A DNA stretch of 64,000 nt from a bacterium. GTDB taxonomy: Bacteria > Bacteroidota > Ignavibacteria > Kapaibacteriales > Kapaibacteriaceae. The notes below the pieces were generated by a model. It saw nothing but the letters and a program-made list of their open reading frames with translations. It was not told the origin of the DNA and did not search any database. A program made the position numbers and the translations under genes. Below are positions 1 through 8,533 of this stretch, in pieces. The stretch spans positions 64,787 to 128,786 of the forward strand of contig JAWXBR010000011.1 of the NCBI GenBank assembly GCA_034440235.1. Direction: 5' to 3'. The first letter of the stretch is position 1. Every line of letters starts with the position of its first letter.

Positions 1-1026
1 CTTGGTGTGGTTGGATGTATCTCGCCGTGGAATCTTCCACTGTATTTGTTTACATGGAAGATTGCACCCGCACTTGCTGCCGGTAATTGCGTTGTTGCAA
101 AGCCATCGGAACTAACACCGATGACAGCGTTTCTGTTTTCGCAGATCTGTCACGAAGTCGGACTTCCCGATGGTGTGTTGAATGTTGTACACGGACTCGG
201 CTCTGAAGTCGGCGCGGCAATTGTCGCACACCGCGATATCAAAGCAATCTCTTTTACAGGGGGCTCTGATACGGGGCGCACCATTGCAGCCACTGCTGCG
301 CCGATGCTAAAAAAACTCTCACTCGAATTAGGTGGCAAAAACCCGACAGTAGTTTTTGATGACGTCGACGTAGAACACGTCGCACGTCACGTCGCACGGG
401 CAGCCTTCACCAATCAGGGCGAAATCTGCCTGTGCGGCTCGCGTATCCTTGTGCAGCGTGGTTTGTACGACGCATTTCGTGACGCCCTTGTAGCGCAAAC
501 AAAAAAAATGACACTCGGCGACCCACTTGTCGAAACAACGCGCATTGGTGCACTCGTTAGTGAAGCCCACATGAACAAGGTGATGGGTTTTATTGAAGGG
601 GCTCGAAGCGAAGGGGGCAACGTACTGTGTGGTGGAGAACGTGTGGTTGTAGAAGGACGTTGTAAGAATGGGTATTTCGTGGCGCCGACTCTTATCGACG
701 GACTCGACCATTCATGCCGTATTAATCAGGAAGAAGTATTTGGTCCGGTCGCCACACTCATCCCCTTTACCGACGAGGCCGAGGCTCTCGCTCTGGCAAA
801 TGATGTGGTGTACGGCCTTGCAGCAAGCGTTTGGACGAATGATCTAGGTCGCGCGCATAGAGTCGCTGCCCGCATCGAAGCAGGCATTGTGTGGGTGAAT
901 TGCTGGCTGGTACGTGATTTGCGGACACCATTCGGCGGCATGAAGCAAAGCGGCGTCGGACGCGAAGGTGGTACCGAGGCGCTGCGCTTTTTTACCGAAG
1001 CAAAGAATGTTTGCTTTCAGACCTGA
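1..1026 (+). CDS. Aldehyde dehydrogenase family protein. The 5' end is truncated at the window edge.
   Basis: The ORF runs off the window start. The ALDH Rossmann region motif is present (ISPWNLPL...AGNCVVAKPSELTP, GGKNP, EICLCGSRI) and the catalytic Cys region is conserved. Confidence 0.8.
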   Translation, partial: LGVVGCISPWNLPLYLFTWKIAPALAAGNCVVAKPSELTPMTAFLFSQICHEVGLPDGVLNVVHGLGSEVGAAIVAHRDIKAISFTGGSDTGRTIAATAAPMLKKLSLELGGKNPTVVFDDVDVEHVARHVARAAFTNQGEICLCGSRILVQRGLYDAFRDALVAQTKKMTLGDPLVETTRIGALVSEAHMNKVMGFIEGARSEGGNVLCGGERVVVEGRCKNGYFVAPTLIDGLDHSCRINQEEVFGPVATLIPFTDEAEALALANDVVYGLAASVWTNDLGRAHRVAARIEAGIVWVNCWLVRDLRTPFGGMKQSGVGREGGTEALRFFTEAKNVCFQT

Positions 1027-1083
1027 TGCAGAGCGCAAAAGAATCTAATGCCTTGTAGAAAATGAATATGAGCACCAGAACAC

Positions 1084-1512
1084 ATGAGTGACGGATTACA
1101 TAACTCAACACGCGCACCCGAACCTGTTGGGGCATATCCGCATGCACGGCGTGTTGGAAACCTACTGTTCCTGAGTGGTGTTGGACCACGTCAGCGAGGC
1201 ACGAAACAGATTCCTGGGGTGACGTTAACTGATGATGATGAAATCGAATCGTATGACATCACGGCGCAGACACTAAGTGTGTTTGCAAACGTGAAGGCAA
1301 TTCTCGAGGATGCAGGATCGACGTGGGAGAGTATTGTAGATGTAACAGTGTTTCTAACTGATATGAAACGTGATTTTAACGTTTTCAACAATCTGTATGC
1401 AGCACATTTCGAGCACGTTCAAGCGTGCCGCACAACCATTGAAGTCGGTGCATTGCCAACGCCTATTGCTGTTGAGCTAAAAGTCATCGCTACGATCGGG
1501 ACCCAACCATGA
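1084..1512 (+). CDS. RidA/YjgF/L-PSP family protein (reactive enamine/imine deaminase)
   Basis: 142 aa with typical RidA signature and length. It sits immediately downstream of the ALDH gene. Its stop overlaps the next start (ATGA). Confidence 0.75.
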   Translation: MSDGLHNSTRAPEPVGAYPHARRVGNLLFLSGVGPRQRGTKQIPGVTLTDDDEIESYDITAQTLSVFANVKAILEDAGSTWESIVDVTVFLTDMKRDFNVFNNLYAAHFEHVQACRTTIEVGALPTPIAVELKVIATIGTQP

Positions 1513-4500
1513 ATAACAATTCGATGACTCGACCTTTCTTGCACACCTCTAAGAATAAAACTTTTTTAGTTGTTGTTTGTGTGGCACTTACGCTTGCTGC
1601 GACAGCAGTGCAAGCGCAGCCCCGTATCAGCTACATCATACCAGATATCGGTACAACGCGATTTGCGACGTATGTAGAGTTTATTGGTCCGTACAATACA
1701 ACCAGCAACTTCGGCACCGACGGATTCTACTCTAACAACCCGTCGGGTAGTGCCGTTCGTGTACGCCCCGCTCGAGTTGCTGACAGCGTATATGTCAAGA
1801 TCGGTCCGTGTGTTGTAAGCTGGAACGGCCGCATGGTCTCGACTCACATATTCGTTACACCTGCAGCTGCGCCGAACTCCGATGTATGGAGTTTATTGAA
1901 TGCGCAGTGGCGCATACCGCTTATCGTAGAAGTGAATGGCGTAGCATCTGCTGCAGACACCTTCTACATTGTACGTCCTTTTGCTTTTGGCGACCGACGT
2001 ACAGACACAAAGCGGATACTTGGTGATGGTCAGCTAGGACTTCGTTCTCGCCGTGGCGCAATGATTGTCGACAGCATGGTCCTTGCAGGCGGAGGATTGT
2101 ACACTGTTTCAACTGCTGACTGCGACCTGGGGACACCTGGTAACCAAGGTTACCTTCCTCTTGTGCTCATTACAGCGAAATCTGTTACAGGTGGTAGCGG
2201 TGCGAAGATTATACTAAGTGGTAATGGTGCTGACGCCGGGCCGGGCGGTGGTGGTGGTGGTGGTGGTTACGCTAACAAACCATTCTTCGGATCTGGCACC
2301 AAACGCGGTACGCCTGGTGGTGCAGGATTCACTGGTGGCGGTCCTGGTGGTTATAATGACAACTCTGGTGACGGTTCGAAACAGGCACCTGGTGCTGGCA
2401 CAGGTGACGTATTGCTGGCCAGCAGTACAAACGTCGACGGTAGCAAATCTCTGAATGGCACTCCAGGTGGCGAGTCTTTCTTCAGAATTTGGGAAAATGC
2501 TGGGGGTGGTACGGGGCATCCTTTTGGTAGATCAGGTATGGGTTGCGCGGGAACCTCATCGTGTGTTCCCATACCCGGACACGGAGGTGGCTCTGGCTAT
2601 CGCAATGGCGATCCGGGTGGTGGAGGTGGTTTCTTTGAAGACGGTGCTGGTGGACCGTTGCGTGGTGGCCTAGCACATGGCAATGATGTACTCGTGCCTC
2701 TTGCGGGGGGCAGCGGTGGCGCTAGTGGCAATCCAAACTCATATGATAACACTTCGGGCTTTGGTGGTGGTGGTGGTGGTGCACTATCATTTCATGCTGC
2801 ACGCATTGTCAATCTTGACATAGAAGCACATGGTGCCACCTCAAACCGAGAAGACACAAAGGGTGGAGGCGGGTCGGGAGGCGGCATTATTATTGGCACG
2901 CGTGTGAACGGTGGCTCGAGCGTGTTTCCACAAACGAATGGATTGGACGATCAGCCAAACTTTAATCGTGGTGGTGGTGGACGCAAACGTTACGATACGC
3001 CAATAAGCTTTACTCCTGCACCTCCGAGAGGTCCGTACTCTGATTCTTTAACAGCAGTTCTTCGCACTTTCTCGATTACAGGTGCAGGTGATGGACGTCC
3101 GATCGAGGTGTGGGTGCGTTCAGAATCGTCAACGTGGACGTTGAATACGACCATCACAGCGTTTTCGCCGAGCAATTCCTTCATCAATGCAACGATAACA
3201 CTGCCTGGTACGGACTCTATTTTCTATGTGATGTATGCGCAGCAAAGTGCTAACCCCTCAGGAGCACAGTATAGTGCAATTCCTTCGCATGTGTTATCAC
3301 AGTCGGCGTGGAATATTCTGCGAATCTTCGGACCGACAATAATTGATGCAGTACAAAATGTGGACCTAGGAGTTCGTAGGTGTCCGAATTCAGTGCTTAC
3401 AAAATCGATTACCATTTACAATAGAGGCGAATCGCCGCTAGAGGTTCGTACACCTACGTGGCTGAACAGTAACGGATTTCGCATCGTTTCGCCAACGGTG
3501 TTCCCCGACACAATTAAAGTGCGTGACTCTACGACCTACGTTATAGAGTATTCGCCTTTGCCTGGAGCTACTGGTGTAATAAATGACGTTCTGGTGCTGA
3601 GTAACAACGATCCTGTTTCTGCGCGCAGTCCGTATCGCATAAATGTGACGGCGACGGTCGAACGTATCGAACTGAACTATACCTATAAAGGTGAGGTGCG
3701 CGATACCATCGATCTTGGCGCGGTGTGTCTGGGAAGTGTAATTTCTGAAATAGTAACTATTACGAATATCGGTACGACGAGTACAACTGTGACCTCTGTG
3801 CGGTCGTTAAACCCAAGCGTAGTGAATGCCACGACGTCTGTTCCGGCATTGTTAGCAGTAGGTGGAACAACGACAATTCAGCTAGGCGGAAGTTTGCGTG
3901 CAGTGGGTGCGTCGATCGTACCAATTGTTGTGCTCGTTGCTGAATGTCCGCAACCAGACACGGTGTACGTGCGGTTTGTTGGTATTGAGCCTAACATGGT
4001 GCTCATTGGCACCACACAGTTTGCTGACGTGCGTGTTGGTCAGACACGTCAGGTTCTTGTCGAAATTAGAAATGACGGTTCGAGCGATTTGCGAATCGAT
4101 GCCCTGCCCCCTGTGGCAGCCCCCTTCAGAATTGTAAGTGCGGTACCTGCCCCACCAATGACACTCAAACCAGGCGCATCGACCATTGTGACATTTGAGT
4201 ATGCACCAACTGCCGTAGGCGATGATTCGGCGACGCTTGAGTTAGTCTCGACTGTTGTAGGTGGAAGTTGTGGTGATACGATTGTGATTGCGCTTGCCGG
4301 ACGAGGCATACAGGAAGCATTAGTGCTCGACAAAAACCAGATTGTCTTCGGAGATGTTCGTTCGTGCGAAACGGTTGTCGATAGTGTTCGCGTAACCAAT
4401 AATGGTACGGCGGACGTAGTTCTGTTGTATCCAGGGTTTTTGAACGGACCCGATGCGGCGTCGTTCAGCATAATTCTACAGCCCTTGGTCGACGACACTT

Positions 4501-6302
4501 TGAAGCCGGGTGAATCTGCGGTCTATGTTGTTCAGTTCAATGGTGGAGTTGCCAACGTTCGTGTGCATACTGCCATCCTGAGTGTTCGAACCTCGAGCAC
4601 TAGGCAGAGTCAGCTCGATGTACCCGTAAGCGCAAGTCGTATATCATTGGGCCTTACAGGTCCGGCTGCTACAGATCTAGGTACAGTCGCCGTCGGCGCA
4701 ACCACCTCGCAGATCGTAACGTTTACGAATACCACAACGACGACGCTTAACATTTCAAATGTCACTTCGGGCATTCCGGTGTTTTCAATCACACCAACCA
4801 CAGGTACGGTGGCTGCTGGTGGAACGATAGATTTTACGATCGTGTTTGCGCCGCAAGGAGAAGGTGCATTTGCCGCAACGATCTGGATTGTCACCGACGC
4901 GCCGTGTCGAGACTCGGTGATGCTCGTAACACGAGGTGTTGGAGCAGCAGGTTCTATTAGCGCACCAAATAGCGTGTATTTTGGCACGCTTACAGATTGT
5001 GAGCAGCGCCTTGACAGTGTTACGTATGTGAACACAAGCGTGGTGCCTGTAGATTTAATCGACGTGAACATTGTCGGTGTAGCCAATCAACTCTTCACAA
5101 TTGTAAATCCTGCAGCAGCCACCAATGTGACGCTACCACCGAGCGGTAGTGCGACGGTTTATATAAACTTCAACCCTCGTTCGTACGCCGATGGTGCACG
5201 CACGGCACAACTTGTTTTACGCGTTCGATTGAATAATCAACCTGTGCCTTTTGTAACAACACTTACCGGCACACGGCGCACATCATTGCCAAGTACGCCT
5301 GTAGAGGTTGCGTTTGGTAGCATCGATATTGGTGCATCGAGTATGCAGCTAGTATCAGTTGTGAATTCGACGGCAACACCGGTGCGCATTACAAATGTGT
5401 TTCTGCGCAACACATCGTTCGGTACGATATCGATTGTACCTGCACCCGTGCCCAAGACACTTGCACCTGGTGAGCGTTTTGATGTACAAGTGACGTATGC
5501 GCCTGTTGCCCAGCAGAACAATGTGGACAGTATTGTCATTGCTTTTGACCAACCATGTCAGGATGAGCGTGTGATTCCCGTTAGTGGCACCGGCCGCCTA
5601 AACGTAGAGATTTCTGTGATTTTGCCAAAACACACCATGGATCCGGCAAGTGATAGTGAGACTCTTCCCGTAAAGGCTAAGGTTGCTGTAGGTAGCATAA
5701 ACCTAACAGGTGGTACGCTTCACATGACGATGCGCTATACGTCTTCTGTGTTTGTTGTTCAGTCGATTTCGCGCGGTACAATTATTCGGAACGAAGTAAT
5801 TGGTGGTCAAACATTCGTAGAAATTGAGATAGCTAATCTCGACGCAACAACCACTGAGAGTGTGATTTTCGAATTGCGTGGACAGGCCACCATCGGTCCG
5901 ATCGATTCTACCGACTTTGTTATTACGGATGCTTTTCTGGATGCAGGTTTCGTGGCGCCGACGGTGCGCCGCGAAGATGGATACTTAAAGCTTGCAGTTT
6001 GTGAGGAAGGGGCTAATCCACGTCTCATCATGCGCGGAACGCCTATGTCAATCCGTGTTTCTCCGAACCCCGTTAGCGACAACCTGAACATCGCGGTTGA
6101 TCTGACGGAAAAGGGGATACATACAGTCGAAGTAATAACGTTGATGGGTGAAGTAGTGAACTCGATGACATTCAAAGCGGACGCCACAGGTGCCGCATTT
6201 GAGCACGATGTTGATACGCGGAACATTCCGGCCGGAGCATATCAGGTGGTTCTGCAGACGCCGACGCGTCGACGCGTAACGACGCTTTCAATCATTCATT
6301 GA
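1509..6302 (+). CDS. Giant secreted cell-surface protein (1597 aa). It has a signal peptide, a Gly-rich low-complexity region, about 8 Ig-like (choice-of-anchor-D/ASH-like) beta-sandwich repeats and a T9SS C-terminal sorting domain.
   Basis: The N-terminal signal peptide ends ...TLAATAVQAQ. A GGGGGGGG/PGG-rich stretch spans about aa 230-480. The repeated motif ...SV.V.N.G...L.I... occurs many times. The C-terminal roughly 80 aa (NIAVDL...GAYQVVLQTP...) match the T9SS CTD pattern. Confidence 0.75.
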   Translation: MNNNSMTRPFLHTSKNKTFLVVVCVALTLAATAVQAQPRISYIIPDIGTTRFATYVEFIGPYNTTSNFGTDGFYSNNPSGSAVRVRPARVADSVYVKIGPCVVSWNGRMVSTHIFVTPAAAPNSDVWSLLNAQWRIPLIVEVNGVASAADTFYIVRPFAFGDRRTDTKRILGDGQLGLRSRRGAMIVDSMVLAGGGLYTVSTADCDLGTPGNQGYLPLVLITAKSVTGGSGAKIILSGNGADAGPGGGGGGGGYANKPFFGSGTKRGTPGGAGFTGGGPGGYNDNSGDGSKQAPGAGTGDVLLASSTNVDGSKSLNGTPGGESFFRIWENAGGGTGHPFGRSGMGCAGTSSCVPIPGHGGGSGYRNGDPGGGGGFFEDGAGGPLRGGLAHGNDVLVPLAGGSGGASGNPNSYDNTSGFGGGGGGALSFHAARIVNLDIEAHGATSNREDTKGGGGSGGGIIIGTRVNGGSSVFPQTNGLDDQPNFNRGGGGRKRYDTPISFTPAPPRGPYSDSLTAVLRTFSITGAGDGRPIEVWVRSESSTWTLNTTITAFSPSNSFINATITLPGTDSIFYVMYAQQSANPSGAQYSAIPSHVLSQSAWNILRIFGPTIIDAVQNVDLGVRRCPNSVLTKSITIYNRGESPLEVRTPTWLNSNGFRIVSPTVFPDTIKVRDSTTYVIEYSPLPGATGVINDVLVLSNNDPVSARSPYRINVTATVERIELNYTYKGEVRDTIDLGAVCLGSVISEIVTITNIGTTSTTVTSVRSLNPSVVNATTSVPALLAVGGTTTIQLGGSLRAVGASIVPIVVLVAECPQPDTVYVRFVGIEPNMVLIGTTQFADVRVGQTRQVLVEIRNDGSSDLRIDALPPVAAPFRIVSAVPAPPMTLKPGASTIVTFEYAPTAVGDDSATLELVSTVVGGSCGDTIVIALAGRGIQEALVLDKNQIVFGDVRSCETVVDSVRVTNNGTADVVLLYPGFLNGPDAASFSIILQPLVDDTLKPGESAVYVVQFNGGVANVRVHTAILSVRTSSTRQSQLDVPVSASRISLGLTGPAATDLGTVAVGATTSQIVTFTNTTTTTLNISNVTSGIPVFSITPTTGTVAAGGTIDFTIVFAPQGEGAFAATIWIVTDAPCRDSVMLVTRGVGAAGSISAPNSVYFGTLTDCEQRLDSVTYVNTSVVPVDLIDVNIVGVANQLFTIVNPAAATNVTLPPSGSATVYINFNPRSYADGARTAQLVLRVRLNNQPVPFVTTLTGTRRTSLPSTPVEVAFGSIDIGASSMQLVSVVNSTATPVRITNVFLRNTSFGTISIVPAPVPKTLAPGERFDVQVTYAPVAQQNNVDSIVIAFDQPCQDERVIPVSGTGRLNVEISVILPKHTMDPASDSETLPVKAKVAVGSINLTGGTLHMTMRYTSSVFVVQSISRGTIIRNEVIGGQTFVEIEIANLDATTTESVIFELRGQATIGPIDSTDFVITDAFLDAGFVAPTVRREDGYLKLAVCEEGANPRLIMRGTPMSIRVSPNPVSDNLNIAVDLTEKGIHTVEVITLMGEVVNSMTFKADATGAAFEHDVDTRNIPAGAYQVVLQTPTRRRVTTLSIIH

Positions 6303-8533
6303 CATACATGCGGCTATACATGCAGAATCGTTGCGTTGCCTTTTCGATAACACGTGGTGTTGTCCTTTCGATAACTCGTTATGTTGTCTTGTTTATAACC
6401 ATAGTTATGATGGCGACCGTGTCATGGGCACAGTCTAGTCGTCTGAATGAGTCGACAGGGCAGCGAGAAGAACTTCGTTTTTTGGTCGGTGGGTACGGAG
6501 CGTTGAGCATTAACCTGCACTCAGCCCCCTTCGGCGCCTTACCGGGCATACCATCATGCTGTCCGGAGTTTAAAGACGCAAGCTCACTTAGCCCTTCGTT
6601 TGGTGCTCTTCTCGAAGTCCCATTAATGTCGAGTCTTCGCGGTCAGATTAGACTTGGATACACGTCAATCGGTGGCAACCTGACCATTGGAGAGGTGATT
6701 GGAAATGAGCCTGTGCTGGATGATGGGCCAGCTCCTACACAAGCACGAAGGGATGTAACCGTCGAGCACTTTCTCGGTGCACCACTTCCGATGATTGCGT
6801 TAGAGCCTACAGTTGGATGGCGTGCACTAGATGTAATCTGGCTGAATTTCGGAGTTCGCGCTGGATACCTGATAGGCAAGAACATGGAGCAGAAAGAAAC
6901 ACTGCTTCTGCCAGAGGGATACACGTTTATCGATGGGACTGCGGTTCGTAACGAGTATGCCGGACCCATACCAGAGGCGAATGCACTGCAGCTACACGCA
7001 GTATTTGCTTTAGGCTACGAGCTTACAACACGAAGCAATCTTTCAATCGTTCCTGAAGTCAGGTACTATCTTCCGCTGACAGCAGTTTCAAGTGTAGACT
7101 GGCGCGTTCAGTCGTTTCAGATTGGTGTTTCTGTGCGTTACGGTGTGTACACACCCATCGACCCTGTCATCATCCGCGACACGGTGTACAAACGCGATAC
7201 GGTTGTTGCGCAGACACCAGGTATTCAACAGGACCGAATTACGCTCAAATCGTCGTCGACAGACGAGAGTACCAGACGTGAAGGCGATGTTGAATATCAA
7301 ACAACGACAATTACCGAAGAGTATCTGCGCGAGACACCAAAACCATTTGTGGCAACAGTAAAAGTGGTTGCACTAGCGCGTGACAAGAACGGGATACTGC
7401 AGCCACTCGACTCAATTAGAATTGAAGAGCTCGACGTAATAGAGAGTTATCCGCTGTTACCACAAATTTTCTTTGCAGAAGGAAGTGCTGAGCTAACAGG
7501 CACAACGCAAGCTCGGTTGCAAGGCAACGAAGCGAACACGTTTAAAATCGCAGACTTAACGCGTGACCAGTTAGATGTGTATCGCAATCTTCTGAACACA
7601 GTTGGCGATCGCATGCGCAAGAATCCGGCCACAGAGCTCAATATTGTTGGCTGCACAAATAACAGTGGAATAGAACAAAGCAACAAAGAGTTGTCGAAGG
7701 CTCGTGCAGAAGCTGTTAAGCAGTATCTCGTGACGAATTTTGGCATCGCAGCATCACGCTTGAATGTCAGCACACGTCAACTTCCATCAAGTCCAGCCAA
7801 TCCTACAACTGCCGATGGCAAGCAGGAAAATCAACGTGTTGAACTTTCAAGTAATGACCTCGCGCTGTTTGAACCTGTTGAGTTTCGTGATCGCGATCTG
7901 AAGGTCACTCCAGCCGAAGTAATATTGCGTTCAACGGTTACAAATGGCGATGACGTTTCGGCGCACTCTGCCTCTGTCGCACAGCGGACAAATGAAATGC
8001 TGAGTGTCGATGGTTCAGGACTCCCAACAGATATTTCATGGCGCACAGATAACGACGCCTCTAGACCACGCCTCGACGCATCAGTAGTAGCAAAGGTTAG
8101 TGTCCGTAACGCACAAGGCCTCAGCTCCGAGGGCAGTGTAACAATGCCTGTCGACTACGCCACGCTAAAGCTCATCAAATCACGTCAGGAAGAAGGCAAA
8201 CTCATCGAGCGCTATTCTCTTATCGTATTCGAATACAACAGCGCCCAGCTCAATGCATCGAATCAGCGGCTGATGAATAAAATCAAGGAGCGTATTCAGC
8301 CCGATTCACGTGTTACGATCACAGGCTACGCAGACCGTCAGGGTATGTCAGACTATAATCGCGAATTGGCCCGTCGCCGATGCGTAGAGGCACAACGTGT
8401 TCTCGGCCTCAAAGACAGTCAGGTGACGCTCGAACCTATCGGAAGCGATCGTCTCATCTTCAATAACGACCTTCCCGAGGGACGCTCCTACTCACGTACT
8501 GTGCAGATTGAGATCCAGACGCCGATCCGCTAA
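6299..8533 (+). CDS. Outer-membrane beta-barrel protein with two C-terminal OmpA-like peptidoglycan-binding domains. The start codon is uncertain.
   Basis: The ORF track start is a TTG overlapping the upstream stop. A signal peptide (...VLFITIVMMATVSWAQS) lies about 30 codons in. The N-terminal half has alternating beta-strands. There are two OmpA-like modules (NIVGCTNNSG...AEAVKQYL and ITGYADRQGMSDYNRELARRRCVEAQRVL). Confidence 0.65.
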   Translation: MTYMRLYMQNRCVAFSITRGVVLSITRYVVLFITIVMMATVSWAQSSRLNESTGQREELRFLVGGYGALSINLHSAPFGALPGIPSCCPEFKDASSLSPSFGALLEVPLMSSLRGQIRLGYTSIGGNLTIGEVIGNEPVLDDGPAPTQARRDVTVEHFLGAPLPMIALEPTVGWRALDVIWLNFGVRAGYLIGKNMEQKETLLLPEGYTFIDGTAVRNEYAGPIPEANALQLHAVFALGYELTTRSNLSIVPEVRYYLPLTAVSSVDWRVQSFQIGVSVRYGVYTPIDPVIIRDTVYKRDTVVAQTPGIQQDRITLKSSSTDESTRREGDVEYQTTTITEEYLRETPKPFVATVKVVALARDKNGILQPLDSIRIEELDVIESYPLLPQIFFAEGSAELTGTTQARLQGNEANTFKIADLTRDQLDVYRNLLNTVGDRMRKNPATELNIVGCTNNSGIEQSNKELSKARAEAVKQYLVTNFGIAASRLNVSTRQLPSSPANPTTADGKQENQRVELSSNDLALFEPVEFRDRDLKVTPAEVILRSTVTNGDDVSAHSASVAQRTNEMLSVDGSGLPTDISWRTDNDASRPRLDASVVAKVSVRNAQGLSSEGSVTMPVDYATLKLIKSRQEEGKLIERYSLIVFEYNSAQLNASNQRLMNKIKERIQPDSRVTITGYADRQGMSDYNRELARRRCVEAQRVLGLKDSQVTLEPIGSDRLIFNNDLPEGRSYSRTVQIEIQTPIR

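Noticed and set aside
150-1189. Numerous 60-170-aa ORFs antisense to or nested within long genes in the six-frame track (for example 150-338, 328-711, 2214-2519, 4049-4498, 33544-34491)
   Set aside because: They overlap well-supported long CDSs on the opposite strand or in another frame and have low-complexity, Arg/Ser/Cys-rich translations typical of non-coding frames. They are treated as spurious.
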